The notes under the pieces are model-generated. The model made no database searches. It was not told where the DNA came from and saw only the letters and a program-made list of their open reading frames with translations. From Felis catus (taxonomy: Eukaryota): a stretch of 64,000 nt of DNA. The stretch lies in assembly GCF_018350175.1 (NCBI RefSeq), contig NC_058368.1, forward strand, positions 27,034,001 to 27,098,000, read 5' to 3'. The translations under genes were made by a program, and so were the position numbers. Below, piece by piece: positions 50,525-63,065 of this stretch (its first letter is position 1; each line of letters opens with the position of its first letter).

Positions 50525-51036
50525 TTTAAAAGGATGGGTGAAGGTGGTCAAAAGGTACAAATTTCCATTTATAAAATTAACAAGTCCTGGGGAGGTAATG
50601 TATATAATGGTGAGCGTAGGGGCGCCTGGGTGGCTCAGTCGGTTGAGCATCCGGCTTCGGCTCGGGTCGTGATCTCACAGTTTGTGGGTTCGAGCCCCAC
50701 ATCGGGCTCTGTGCTGACAGCTCAGAGCCTGGAGCCTGCTTCGAATTCTGTGTCTCCCTCTCTCTCTGCTCCTCCCCTGCTCATGCTCTTTCTCTCTCTC
50801 TCTCCTTCAAAAATAAATAAAAACATTAAAAAAAAAAAAGAATAGTGAGTGTAGTTGACAATACTGTATTGTATATTTGAAACTTGCTAAGCAAGGAGAT
50901 CTTAAAAGTTCTCTTCTCAAGAAAAAAAAGTATAATTAACTAGGCTTATTATGGTGACCATTTCACGATATATACCTATATTGAATGATTTATGTCATTT
51001 ACTTGAAACTCCTATGTCAATTATATCTCAAAAAAT
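50525..51036 (+). mobile_element. L1MA9-like LINE-1 3' UTR fragment interrupted by a Can-SINE
   Basis: GGTCAAAAGGTACAAA..AATACTGTATTGTATATTTGAAA..GATCTTAAAAGTTCTC..TATGTCAATTATATCTCAA. Confidence 0.85.
50619..50840 (+). mobile_element. Can-SINE (felid type)
   Basis: Complete element; TSD AATGGTGAGCGTA (50606-50618) / AATAGTGAGTGTA (50841-50853), two mismatches. Confidence 0.96.
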
Positions 51037-51159
51037 GTTTAAAGAGAATACATTAACTTTTCCATTGCAGTGAAGATCAACCAACACTCACCTGCCCACC
51101 AGGTTGGCTTATAATACTGTATACTTTGTTAGCTCTAAACCGGAAATCCTTTTGAATCT

Positions 51160-51620
51160 TCTATCAGTTGGGCTTTTCCAGAGAAACAGAATCAATAGAT
51201 ATGCATGCATACATGTGTGTGTTTGTGGTACAGTATGTATGAAGAGATTTACTCTAAGAAATTGACTCGTGTAATTGTGGGAGCTGGCAAGTCTAAAACT
51301 CATAGGGCAGGACAACAGGCAGGAGTTGCTGTCGTAGCCTTGAGTTATAGGACAGGTTGACAAGCTGGAAACTTAGAATCTCTGCTATGGTCTTCAGGTA
51401 GAATTCCTTCTGGAACCTTCGTTTTTGCTCCTGAAGCCTTCACCTGGTTAGATGAGGCCCACTCATATTATGCAGGGTAATCTCCTTTCCCTAGAGTTGA
51501 TTGATGGATAATATTAATCCCAGCTACAAAATACCTTGATAGCAACATCTGTACTTGTGTTGGACCACATAACTGGGCACCATAGCCTACCAAGTGGATG
51601 CATAAAATGTTACCATGACA
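51160..51620 (-). mobile_element. MLT2-family (ERVL) solo LTR
   Basis: TCCAGAGAAACAGAA..GAGATTTA..GGAGCTGGCAAGTCT..GATGAGGCCCAC..AACTGGGCACCATAGCCTA..CA. Confidence 0.85.
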
Positions 51621-54273
51621 AATTCCTTATTTTTACTATAGTGAAAGAGCAGAAGCAGCTGTATTTTGCCCCACTTCTTCAATTTGAGATCTTTACACTG
51701 GAGAAAGATCCCCTTAGTGATTCAGTGGTGGCCGTGCCTGGTGAGTGGGGTGGGCATAGTGCTACAGGTTATTGACTTCTCAAGCTCTGCAATGAAACTG
51801 CTCTGCTGACTGCGTGACAATCACATGGGACTTGGGGAGTTAATATTTCCTTGGAAGAATTTTAATGTTAGAATTTACTGTCTTTTGCACATATAAATTT
51901 AAAGCCTTAATGTTATGCTCTTCTGGTTATTTGCATTTAATATGCATGCAAATTCACAATGTATACTATATGCCGAGGATATAATTTATAAATCGGTACT
52001 TTCCCTGGTTGTTAGCAATTTTGGCCGCTTTAAAAATTAATACTTTGAAGAAATATATGTTTTCAAATGTATATGTAGTATCTTTAGTTTCCAGGGGAAA
52101 ATATGTAGTGCATTCTCTACTGAAAAGGTAGATCTCTGCTGTAAAGTTCTCTGTGTTGAAAGAAATTACGCATAATGCTAAAGGTTAGGATATTTTTATT
52201 TATTTATCTTTCCCGTGAATGGGCTCGGATTAGGTGTTGCAGATGTTTGTTTCCATTAACGGTGTTGAAAACCATGTGTTTATGAAGCATGATTGCAACC
52301 TGCGGCATTCTGGTACAACTGGGGGCGAGTCATTCCAGCTGATAAACACCCCTGACATGACAGCGCACCACACTGTACTTTTAAGTGGAAGATCAGCTCT
52401 GCGCTTCATATAACCAAGAGTGGGAGAGTCCCGGAGAGAGGCTCTAGCCTCCCTGGCTGCCATTTAGGCTTGTTGTCTTGGCAACCTGAACACAGCCATC
52501 GGTCCTTTCCCCAGGCGGGAACTCCAGTCATCCTCAGCTCTGCCGTGACCTTTTCTTCTCCCCTTCCCATCTGTTGCTGGGCTCTGCCGGGCAGCTCCCA
52601 GGCAGCTGTAGATTTTCTCTGCCTTGCACCCCTCCCGGCCACTACCGGCTTCTGTTCTCTCCTCTCCCGACGACTGAAACCTCATTCCGGGCCCTCTGGC
52701 TTATCAGCTCCCTCCTGACCTCTTCTCCCCGCCTCAGCCAAGGCTTCAGAAACCTTGTGAGGAAAGTCGTCTTTCCGCGTGGACCTCTTGGTGGCTCAGC
52801 ATTCCTTGCAGGGAGCAGACGTCCGTTGTCCACTTCAGCGGGCCGCCTCCACGTGCCGCTTGGAACAGTTTTTTTTCTTTGAGCTGCACATCTGCGTGGC
52901 ATGTGAAGTCACCCCCCTCCTATGCCTTACCAACGCTGCGGCCCACCTGACCGGTGTCATCTTCGTGGCTCTCAAAAGCAGCCCTCCTTAGGTGATCACG
53001 AGCAAAGAGCCTCTGGCTGACAAGTTTTGTTGGGACCACCCCCTCCCGCACCGTAAATATTATCACTAAGCTCTGTGTCAGCGTCCTACCAGTTGCTGCG
53101 CGAAATGAGCTAGGTTCATCTGGTCTGTGGGCAGGTACTCAAGACCCAAGTCAGGGCCTCCGTGTGTTATTGGGCAGCCTGGCAAAAGACGTGAGTTGGG
53201 TTGAGACTCCGTCTTGGCTCTGCTCACCAACATGTGTATCCTTGGACGCAACTGGATCTGCCAGGTGAAAGGGTGACTCCCACCCCCCCAGTCCTCCCCA
53301 ACACAGGCACCTTCAGCTAGCCAAATTGTACAGAGACACAAGGGGTACCATCTTCTAACCCGTATGGGGGCTGAAAGGGCACCATTGACTGATTTGCAGT
53401 TGGGCACCCTATAAGCTCGTAGAGGCCTCGACCTATGATACATATGGGAAAATCAAGAAGAAATAAAGTGAAGTTTCCTATTAAGAGGGGAAGACATTAA
53501 AAGGAAGACCAAATCTCTCGTCTCTTCTTTACAGACCATAAACAGTGGGGATCTCGGTTTTGCTTTTGAGTTATGTGACGCCGTTTGATAAATTGATAAA
53601 TCTTCACCAGGTGAAGATAATGTTGTGATAATGACATCCCGACCAAATATTCGACAGTGCCTTCTCTTTCCCCTCCTCCCTCGCTCCTCTTGTCTCCTCT
53701 CCTTTTCTCTCTCCCTCATCCCCTCTCCCTTCCCCTCCCCACCTCTTCTTCCTTTTTTGAGAATGAATGTAGCAGCCAATAATGGCACGAAACATCCTGG
53801 GTGTCTCAGAGATGCATCTTTATACCGACTGGATTGTATCATGGGTAACTCACCACAAGCTCCCATGTGCTGTGGGCAGAATGGCCTCCTAACTGTCATA
53901 GAATGTTTAAGGACCTGGAAGCCATGTGCTTGATTTACATTGACAGCAGGAGCCCTGAGTGTAAGAACTTGGGCCTGGCTCGCTTGCTTTGGGAGTTCAG
54001 GCATGTACTAATCTCTGCGGTGGCTTAGGATTCCTCCGAAGAGGCTGGGTCGAGGGAAGTGACGGGGTCTCCGAGAGAAAGCCATGAGTGAAGAAATCTG
54101 CCAGAGTAGAGCAGACTGAGCGACAGGGTCTGGATGTTTGAGGGAGCAGTAGTTCCAGGAACCTTCTGTGACCTAACTACCTTCCACTCAACCCCCCTTA
54201 CCAAGACCAGGCCCCTCCTCACACATACAAAAGCAAGTATGTTAGGGCACCAGTGAAGGCTGTGGCATAAAGT

Positions 54274-54476
54274 GGGGGTTGGGAAACTCTACTCCTTGGG
54301 ACAAATCCAGGCTGTGGCCTGTTTTTTTGTAAGGCCTGAGGGCTAAGACTTGTTTTCAAATTTTTAAAACACTGTGAAGAAAGCAAAAGATAATGTGCTA
54401 CAAGGACAATATTTAGGCCTTTGAAGGCTAAAGTATTTATTATCTGGCCCTTTGCAGGTGAAGCTTGCTGACCCCT
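54274..54476. mobile_element. MER58-family hAT-Charlie relic
   Basis: TIR-like ends GGGGTTGGGAAACT ... TTGCTGACCCCT; internal TATTTATTATCTGGCCCTTT. Confidence 0.75.
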
Positions 54477-56179
54477 TCAAGGAACTGATTGGCAAAATGG
54501 CTCTTTTTTGAAATAGCAAGGCCCAAGAGTGGAATTGGTTTCCTTGATGGCTGGACCTTGAGGCTGGTGTTCTAGAGGAAGTTATCTGTCCAGAGAATGT
54601 TGTCTGTAGTGTCAGTTGTGACATGTGGATGGCAAAGTGACAGGTCAGTGGAGCAGAGGAAAAGGGAAGGAGAAGAAGAGGGCTGTTCGAACGGCAGGCC
54701 TTAGGTCTGTTTGTGCGGTAGACATCCGCTCCCACCGCCACCAGCACATCCCAGAGGGAGTAACTGAGGAGAGGAACCCTAGGTGGAGCGTAGAGAACTG
54801 AAACTTAGGCTTAAGTCCACATATTTATAGCGCCATCAGCAAGGAGGCCCCTGGGGGACTTTGGTTTCTACTTATGTTCTGTAATTCACAAGGCATGTCT
54901 CATTTTGTAATCATGAGAACCCTCTGAAGCAGACAAGAAGGGTGTCGCTTTTGACCTCAGTCTATAGAGAAGAAAGCACTGCTGCTTGGTCAGAGATGTG
55001 TCCCGTTCAAGGTCATATGTTTATTATATGATGGAGCTGGAAATCAAACCGAGAGATTCTGGTCCTAAAACCTGGGCACCATTCTCCGGGTCAGTGAATT
55101 ATCACTATGAGGTATCTCTCTGCACCCCACTCCCATGATACAAAAGCCTTCTCACTCAATATTAAGTCACTTTGCACGTTCATTAACCTATGAAACAACC
55201 GAAATGGTTGGAATACCTCTGGAACTGGAATCATTTGGCGTACCTCAGCTTTGCTGTCTTCTCAGTGGGAAAGGTAAACGTGGGAGAAGCTTGTAGCGGG
55301 GGTGTCTGAAGTAGTCTGCACCACTCTGAGTTGTTTATGCATGCCCGGGGACTCTGGGTTGAGACAGATTACTTGGCCATTCTGGTTTGACCTTCCTAAA
55401 GAACCCACGAAAGGAACAATTGCGAGAAATAATTAATGACACTCTGACAACCTCAACCAAAATTGGAGCTGTTTTCACTGGTTTATGATAGATGCCAGAG
55501 CAAGGCATTGTGTAATAGACACATTGAAGGACTTGTTCTGTGTATGTATGTTTTAGGCATCAAAAGCCATCATTCCTCCATGATAGGACAGGAGAGAGAA
55601 TTTTATACATTTACCCACCACCTACATACTTTGATATTTTGTCATAATGAGGCGTGCAGGGGAGCCAGCTGTGCTCTGGCCGGCGGTGGCTCTCCATCTC
55701 GGACCCAACCTGGGCGATGGATGAAGTCCTGGGGCCAGAGTCCCTGACACAGACAGCCACCAGCCCCAGGGAAATCCATCACAAAACAGCCGTCGCCAGG
55801 AGTCTAACCACATCCGGATTCACGTAAGGAGAGCACCGAGTACCCTCCTGGAGAATGATACCCCGAGACTCTGGGATAATGCTGCCTTTACACTGCTCAT
55901 AAAATATGTTAAAAAATAAAGCCTTAAAAGTCATGCTCGTGAAGAGTGAGGACAGGAGAATGAGTGTAGCAATTCGCACAGTGCGCTTTTCCTTGGAGCA
56001 AGAAGTCCTGTCAATTTTTCAAAGTGGGTGTTTCATGTCTCACAGTATCCTCGAGAAGGCCGGGTCAGCCATAGGTTACTGGCTCAGGAGCTGACTTGGA
56101 TCTTTGTCTTGCTGGCTTCTTGCACTTTTTCTTTTTCTTTTCTTTTTTCTTTTTTTTTTAGCTAAAGTGTCATTTCTTA

Positions 56180-56468
56180 GCCTTCCTCCTGCCCAGCCTG
56201 GGATTTCCTTTCCCCTCAGCTCTGCCTCCTGTGTTCTCTGTCTCATCATCCTATTTTATTTCTTTCACAGCACTAATCGCTGTTTGAAATTATTTCATTT
56301 ATTGACCTGTTTAGCGTCTCTGTCTCTTACCCCTGGGACATAAGCTCCAAGAGAACAGAAGCCAGCCATGACTCCCGGGTTTACTGTTGTTTTCTGTAGC
56401 ACATAGAACGGTGCCTGGCCTATGGGAGGCGCTCCATAAATTCATTTAGTGAGTCAATAAATGAATTA
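56180..56468 (+). mobile_element. L2 3' end relic
   Basis: TAAGCTCCAAGAG..TAGAACGGTGCCTGGC..GGCGCTCCATAAAT..TGAAT. Confidence 0.7.
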
Positions 56469-56562
56469 GGGGGTAAATATGGGCTGTTCTGTTGCTTAAT
56501 CCCACAGGATAGTGCCCATAAACTGGTTAGCAGTCTTTTCCTGATAGAAAAATCCAAAGGGA

Positions 56563-57101
56563 TTATATTAGTTTTCTTATTGTTGTACTAACAGGCTAGC
56601 ATAAATTTACTGACTTAAGTGTGCAGATTTATTATCATAAAATTCTGGAAGTCAGAAGTCCAACATAAGGGGGATGGGGCTAACGTCAAGGTCAGCAAGG
56701 CTGCATTTCTTCCTGGAGGCTCCAGAGAAAAATTGTTGTTGTTGTTTTTGTTTTGTTTTGTTTTGTTTTGTTTTGTTTTGCATTTTTCAGTTTCTAGAAG
56801 TCGTGTACATTCCTTGGTTTGGGACCCCTTTCCATCCTCAAAGCCAGCCACGGAGTTGAGTCTTTGTCATCCTGCCATCTCTCCGATTCTCTACAGATAG
56901 GGGCTGAGGACTCGCATGATTGAATTGAGCTTACTTAAATTGAGCTCAATCTGGGAAAACCTCTTATCCCAACGTGCCTCATGTGAATCACCCCTGTAAA
57001 GTCCCCTTTGCCATACAAACTAACATATTCAGGTTCCAGGGCACAAACTGTGGGCATGTGGACCTCTTGCAGAGGGAGGAGGTGTCCTTGTTCTGCCTAC
57101 C
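56563..57101 (-). mobile_element. MLT1D-like MaLR solo LTR with internal (GTTTT)n
   Basis: TTCTGGAAGTCAGAAGTCCAA..TCAAGGTCAGCAAGGCTGCATT..CTTCCTGGAGGCTC..TTCTGCCTACCAC. Confidence 0.85.
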
Positions 57102-57439
57102 ACGTGGATTCACTCACAGAAGAGGCAGAGGGATGGTCTCATTTTTCTCTGAGAGTATATATTGTGAACCCAAGAGTTCCCGACTCATTTATTCATTCAA
57201 CAAATCCTTGTGGAGCTTGTCACATTTTCCTTGTCACTTTTGTTTCTGGTGGTAGAGTGGGCCAGGCTAGGCTGCTGTTTTGTCGGGTGGGGCAAGGACA
57301 CCCTGGAGAAGTTCACGTGCAGGTAGAACCAGGCCTGACAGTCGGAGACTGGGTTGCTAACCAGAATGGGGTAGGTGTGTCCAGAGGGGACTCAGAGCAG
57401 CAGTAGTGATGACAGTGGTAACAGATAACGCTGGCGACA

Positions 57440-57670
57440 GATAACATTTATCGTGTACAGGCCTGTTTGGAGTAATTTACTTCATTTATGTAATCCTTAC
57501 CACAATTCTGTGAGCGAGGTACTGTTGTTATCCCCATTTTACAGATGATGAAACTAAGGCACAAATAGGTCAAGTGAGTTGTCTAAAACCACGCAACGAA
57601 TAAGCGACTGAGCCAGGATTCCAAATTCCGGGCCATCTAGCTTCTCGAGCCTGCTCCCTAGCCACCGTCC
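57440..57670 (-). mobile_element. MIR relic
   Basis: GGTACTGTTGTTATCCCCATTTTACAGATGATGAAACTAAGGCACA..GAGCCAGGATT. Confidence 0.85.
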
Positions 57671-58719
57671 TCTCCTGCCTGTCACAGAGCCAATCAAAGA
57701 GGGGTGGAAGGAGCCCACGAGAGGCCGAAGGTGGGTGCTGGGGATCGGAGCCTCAGTTGTTGCACAGACGTGCGCGCTCGGTTGTTATTTGCACCTCACG
57801 TTTTCTGCCTTGGAAACACAGGAAAGACCCCACTGTGTGTCAGGCATGGCCACTTGCGGCGGGGACGTGTGAAGATGGGTCTGTGCTCAGGAGGATGCAG
57901 AAGCTAGCAGCTCACAGGCGTTCCCCGGGAGGGGCCGCTGAGGGAGATATTGGCTACTCTGCAGCTTGCTGAACCATCTGCCGAGCTTCTGGGTCTCATG
58001 AAGTACGGGGACCGGAATGGTACAGAGGAGCAAGTCAAGAAGCCCCGAGTTTGTGTGTCCACTTTATCGGTCACCAGATCTAGGTCTGGGTCAACTCACT
58101 GAGCCTCTGTGAAGAAAAAAATACAGTCTTTTTTTTTTTTTTTGCCTACATCTCTAGAGTGAGAGAAAGATCAAATTATTACTGTGAAGTACTCTGTAAA
58201 TATTGGTTGTTAATGTCCACGTGCCTGAGCAACAAGGTGAGGAAAAGAGGTATGTCTGAGTGCCCCCAAATGGTGTCTGGTTTCTGTTGTCCTGGGGGGC
58301 AAACCAGAGAGTGCGGGCAAGAGAGGACATCTTCCCGTGGCCTCTGTGAGAGAGTCTGATTGATGGCAGGGATTTACAGGTCACCCGATGAAAGCATGCC
58401 ATCGATCAGGGAGTAAGAAGGGTATCTTGTCTTTAGTGCACAGACCCACAGTCCTGATGGCTCTGATGACCCAAAGGTGGTCACCGGAAGGGAAAGCCTT
58501 CTCTGCTTGTGTCCACCCACCCCCTTCATGTTAGTAGCTACAGTGTGGCCAGACGGTCCCAAGAATTTCTCGCATGAAAGTGGAATTTTTTAGTAGGTTT
58601 GGTGTAACTGAGCACAAACGACAGCTGTGAGTTCCAGACTTCAGAGGGAGGTGCAAAAATTTACCTTGGAGTTAGTGAGCCTCTTAAAATACGTATTCAA
58701 ATAATCAGTAATACACAAC

Positions 58720-59162
58720 TGTCAAGAGTTGCAAAGGCTTTTAGATTTACCCTGCTTGTAAGCTAATAGGTTAGGCTGCAACAGTTTTACACCTGCTGGC
58801 AGAAGACATGAAACTCCCAGGTCAGACACAAAGGATTTTATTCCTCATGGTGCAACTTCCTGTTACCATTGGTTTCCTTTGTCCCCCAGCCCCAAGGGGA
58901 CAGTGCAGAGCAGGCCTAAGCGGGTCTGTGTCTCTGTCACAGCCGAGGAACACAGAGTTTGGGAAATCACCAATCTTATAAAGAGCTACTGGCATGCTTG
59001 CTCAGCCTTTATTATCCTGGTCAGGAAACAAATCTGTCCTGTCCTGGAGGGAGACACTATCTTCGTCTTTCGTCTTTTCCTTGTGATGTTTGCTTCACAA
59101 ACATCCTTGAAAAGATAGTCTGGAATAAAAGCTGTCATAAGACGTGTAGCAAAGCCTCCCAT
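58720..59162 (-). mobile_element. Ancient ERV LTR relic (LTR55-like)
   Basis: Starts TGTCA; TGCTGGCAGAAGACA..GGTCAGACACAAAGGA..TTTATT and ACAAACATCCTTGAAAAGATAGTC blocks; right boundary uncertain. Confidence 0.6.
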
Positions 59163-59884
59163 TAGAAACGAATACGTAATCTGCTGAATTCCTAATAGCG
59201 ACCTATGGAAAGTATTTGTCTTTAAATATACAGTATTGTATCAGTGAGGGGATATGGTCTGAATTTTGTTTAAGAAAAGAATCCATTTCTAATTCTTTTC
59301 ACTTAGTGAGTTCTACTCAATATTTTAGGATAGTGATCCAGCCATACTTGTTGCTTAAATAATTGCCATGGAGTTCAGGACTTCTAATGAATTGGTAATT
59401 AAATGATATTTTGATTAAAAGTTGTTTACATGGAGTGTGCAGAGGGCGTATGGTTGATTGTCTCTTTGACCAACTTTGGTTACAGGAGCAACAAAAGTAA
59501 GAATTTTATGTTTTGACCGTGGATGATACTGATAGGAATGTATGCAAAGATTTTTGCTTAGAGTAACACATGCTTTTTCTGTGATTTTAGTGATAAGTTT
59601 TCTAGGCAAATTCTTATTGGGAGAATTATCATTTGTACAAGTTTCTTTTTATTTGATTTTTTTAAATTCCCCAAATGTATTCAATTTCATACATGGTCAT
59701 GCTTAAAAATTGTAGGCCTATCATTGCCTACTTAGTATGTAGTCAGGGACAAATTGAGCCCCAATGATTTGGATAATCCAGGAGATCATTAAACTTTGAA
59801 TATTTTTAGGTTTAAACTTGATAAAAGGACCCACATGCTACTGAAAGTGTCAGGAAATTCAAGGACCCACATTCTGCCTGGGAG

Positions 59885-60075
59885 TTGGCATAGTGCTATG
59901 AACATGGCTTTAAATGCAGCTGGATCTGGATTGAACTCCAGCTCTTGCTAATTCCTAATTCTGTAATTTACGTAAAATGCCTGCGCCTCAATTTCCTCAT
60001 CTGAAAATTGTGCACAGTGACTGCTGCTTTGTGGGCTGGTTGTGCAGCCTAAATGAGATGAGTTATTCAAAGCTG
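59885..60075 (+). mobile_element. MIR relic
   Basis: GCCTCAATTTCCTCATCTGAAAA core and TAAATGAGATGA. Confidence 0.7.
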
Positions 60076-61032
60076 ATATATTTCTTTAATAATGTAAAGG
60101 GAATGTTGGAAGTCAGTTCAGGACCATTACAAAGTTTTTTTTTGATTACTTTCAGCTTGGGTGAAGCTTTAAATTCATAGTTAAATTCCTTCTCCAAAGT
60201 ACTCATTTACTGTCTATTGTTTTTCTAGTTATCTAGGTGCATTGGGGAATTAAAATCATGCTTTAAAAATCATCCCATGGATATCAAAAGCTCATCAGTT
60301 GCTAGATGCTAATGGGAAAGTCAAGAATCTGCTCCAACTTATTATTGCAGGCATACACAGAACTACCTAGGGAAAAGCAAGGGTTGGCTTAAATTCCCAG
60401 AATAAGATGCTTTGCAGATTTCAAAATATGTCACTCACTATAAAATTAATTCAATTATTTACCAGCCACACACATACTAATCAGGTTTGAAAGTACGAAA
60501 GACCACAGGGAAGAATGGACAGTTACCTTTCTATTACCCATGCTAGTGTTACGAAATAAGGACAGCTCACGTGTGCGCAGTGCCCTCAGTTTTGTGGGAA
60601 ATCGGGAGCTGAATATTTAAAAAACTAATTACAATTAATTAAGATGACTACAAGAGCTGTGACAGTTTGGGGTTCTATTTTTATCAATTTAATCAATCTC
60701 TCCCATGAAAAGTAGGAGAGATATTTTGGATTTGACAAACAACTTAAGAGCTTTGCAGCGGGGACGGAATGAGAAAGCTCAATGAGCAGAGAGTGTTAAG
60801 TAAAGTTCTTTACGTTTTAAAAGCAGCTACTACCTTCAGAATATAAAGGCGGCCAAGACTGAAGCGATAAGGAGAAAGAGAGGGGAAAGTTGGTGTATCA
60901 CCAGATGGGATGATGGAAGATAAATGATAAATGATTACACCTGCCTCCTCCCAGTGTGTAAATTACTCACAGCTACCGTGCAGAAAAAAGCACTATGATG
61001 ACAACAGCTTTAATGCCAAATGTGTGTGTGTA

Positions 61033-61481
61033 CCATGGTCCCCCCTCATCTGCAGGGGATACATTCCAAGACCCCAGTGGATGCCTAAAACCTCAGAGGG
61101 TACCAAATCCTACACACGTATATAATGTTTTTCCCATTCATACATACCTGCGATAGTGTTGAGTTTATGAATGAGGCGCAATAAGAGATTAACAACAATA
61201 ATAAAATAGAACAATCACAACAATCTACTGTAATACATGGTATATGAATATGGTTTCTCTCAAAGTATTTTACGATATTAGACTCCCCTTTTTTTCTTGG
61301 GATGCTGTGAGACGGTGAATGCCTACGTGATGAGATGAAGTGAGGTGAGTGGCGTTCGCACCGTGATGCAGCGTTAGGCTACTAATGACCTTCTGATGAT
61401 ACGTCAGAGGGAGGACCTTCTGCTTCAGTTACCACAAGTAACTGAAACCATAGAAAGCAGAAAGGCAGGTGGGGGGAATTG
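61033..61481. mobile_element. Tigger2/MER2-family TcMar non-autonomous DNA transposon
   Basis: TA on both flanks; GTCCCCCTCATCTGC..ACATTCCAAGACCCCAGTGGATGCCT start and GTAACTGAAACC..GGGGGG end. Confidence 0.85.
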
Positions 61482-62869
61482 TATTTAGCCAGCGTGCCTT
61501 CAGGTTATGCATAAAATGTTAAGGGTTTTACTTAGTAGAGATGGGGTTAAATATTTACTTCTGGCTAATTACATATTACCATATGCCTAAACTTTTGAAA
61601 TGGTAGCTGTTCTAAAGGTGAAAAATGGACAATTTGCAAGATATATCAAAACTAGCCTCAACCGGATGTTAATTAATGGAAGTAAATGGATGATGACACT
61701 ATTTCTATTTAGTCCAACTCCTATGAAACAAACACCTACCCTGGGCGGGGAGCTGCGCTGGCTCTGTAGAAACTAAGCTGTTCATGATCATCAGCGTCTC
61801 TCCCCAGAATGTAGGCACCTGCAGGCCTTGGCATCCCCTGTGAGACGGGGTTTCTGAATCTAACCCTTGCCCTCAGGAGCAGGGACATGTGCACATTGGT
61901 GAGACAGGACACGTGCACACATTTAAATCCGTTTGGGTCAACAGTTTTTCTTTGTCTACAAATAAATGGTTTGAGTTCATTTTTAAAGGTATGTTTTCCC
62001 TACATAATTATAACTGTTTTACTTTGAAACACAGTGCAATTGGAGTATTTCTTCCTGTCCATATTCTACTTATATTTTTTATTTGCCTTGGACTGTGCAT
62101 GATCATGGACACAAATATCCTGCATCTTTTAGTACAAACGCAGTGGTAGCATAAATGAAGACGTAGAATGCCAGCTCAAGTGGAGGAAGTTCAGACTCTG
62201 GGCTCTATTAGACAGGAAAATGGATATTCCAATAAATAGGGTTGTTGAGGCTACAGCAAGTTATCTGCACAAAGCTGCAGGGTCAGCATTTTTTAGATGG
62301 TATCAGGGATGAGTAGTTAATTAAGTAAAGGCCTCCAATCCCAGTGGAGTCTTGGGGAAATGAGGTCGATACTTTCTTCTCCTTGAACATGGGGCCAAAT
62401 TGGTCTTTTGATTCTATTGTAGTCATCTCTTGGGTGCTTCTGCCCTAAGATCTGCTTCTATCCCTTTGAAAATCTTTTTTGTTGAGATGACCTTAGTGTT
62501 AGTGACACCCATAGGCTAGATTTAATTGCTTTTCTAAAAATACCATCTTCCCCCCCAATAATTCCTTCAGTTCACAATTAATTAAAGCATAATGTGTTGG
62601 AAACTTTCTTGTTTAAAGTCTACCTATTCTTTACCTTATTGACTTATTTATTTACCACAAATGGCCAATTCTAAATGGGTAGTATTTCTTTCAGCTTCCA
62701 GCTCCTAGCTTTTCTTCTGATATTGATTAAATTTTGAGGTATTTAAAGCAAACAGACCTATAGAGGTAGATAAAACTCTGTGTGTGTGTGTGTCTCTGTG
62801 TGTGTGTAGGCATGTTGTTATCCTTTTCTAAAAAAACTATAAGTAGAGGCAAGAACTTTTGAAATTGGA

Positions 62870-63065
62870 AGCTGAATTGCATAGTGATTATTAGCATATG
62901 TAAATTTGGACAAGTTTGTAAGTAATTCTCTAATCTTTTTTGTTTACTCATCTGTAAAATTAGGAGAATAGTATCTAAATGGTCTAGTTGTGTATTAAAA
63001 ATTGAAAATCATTTAAAATAGTGCCTAGTACACAGTAAGTGCTCAACAATAAATATTATCATTGT
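62870..63065 (+). mobile_element. MIR relic
   Basis: CTCATCTGTAAAAT..AGTGCCTAGTACACAGTAAGTGCTCAA. Confidence 0.75.

Noticed and set aside
546..50845. Recurring ORF family with SSSPASGSVLTAQSLEPASDSVSPSLS (546, 20260, 28749, 31776, 50513 and others)
   Set aside because: These are translations of Can-SINE bodies, not a gene family.
53453..54004. 183 aa minus-strand ORF
   Set aside because: It stays open because it crosses a purine-rich low-complexity tract; no recognisable homology.
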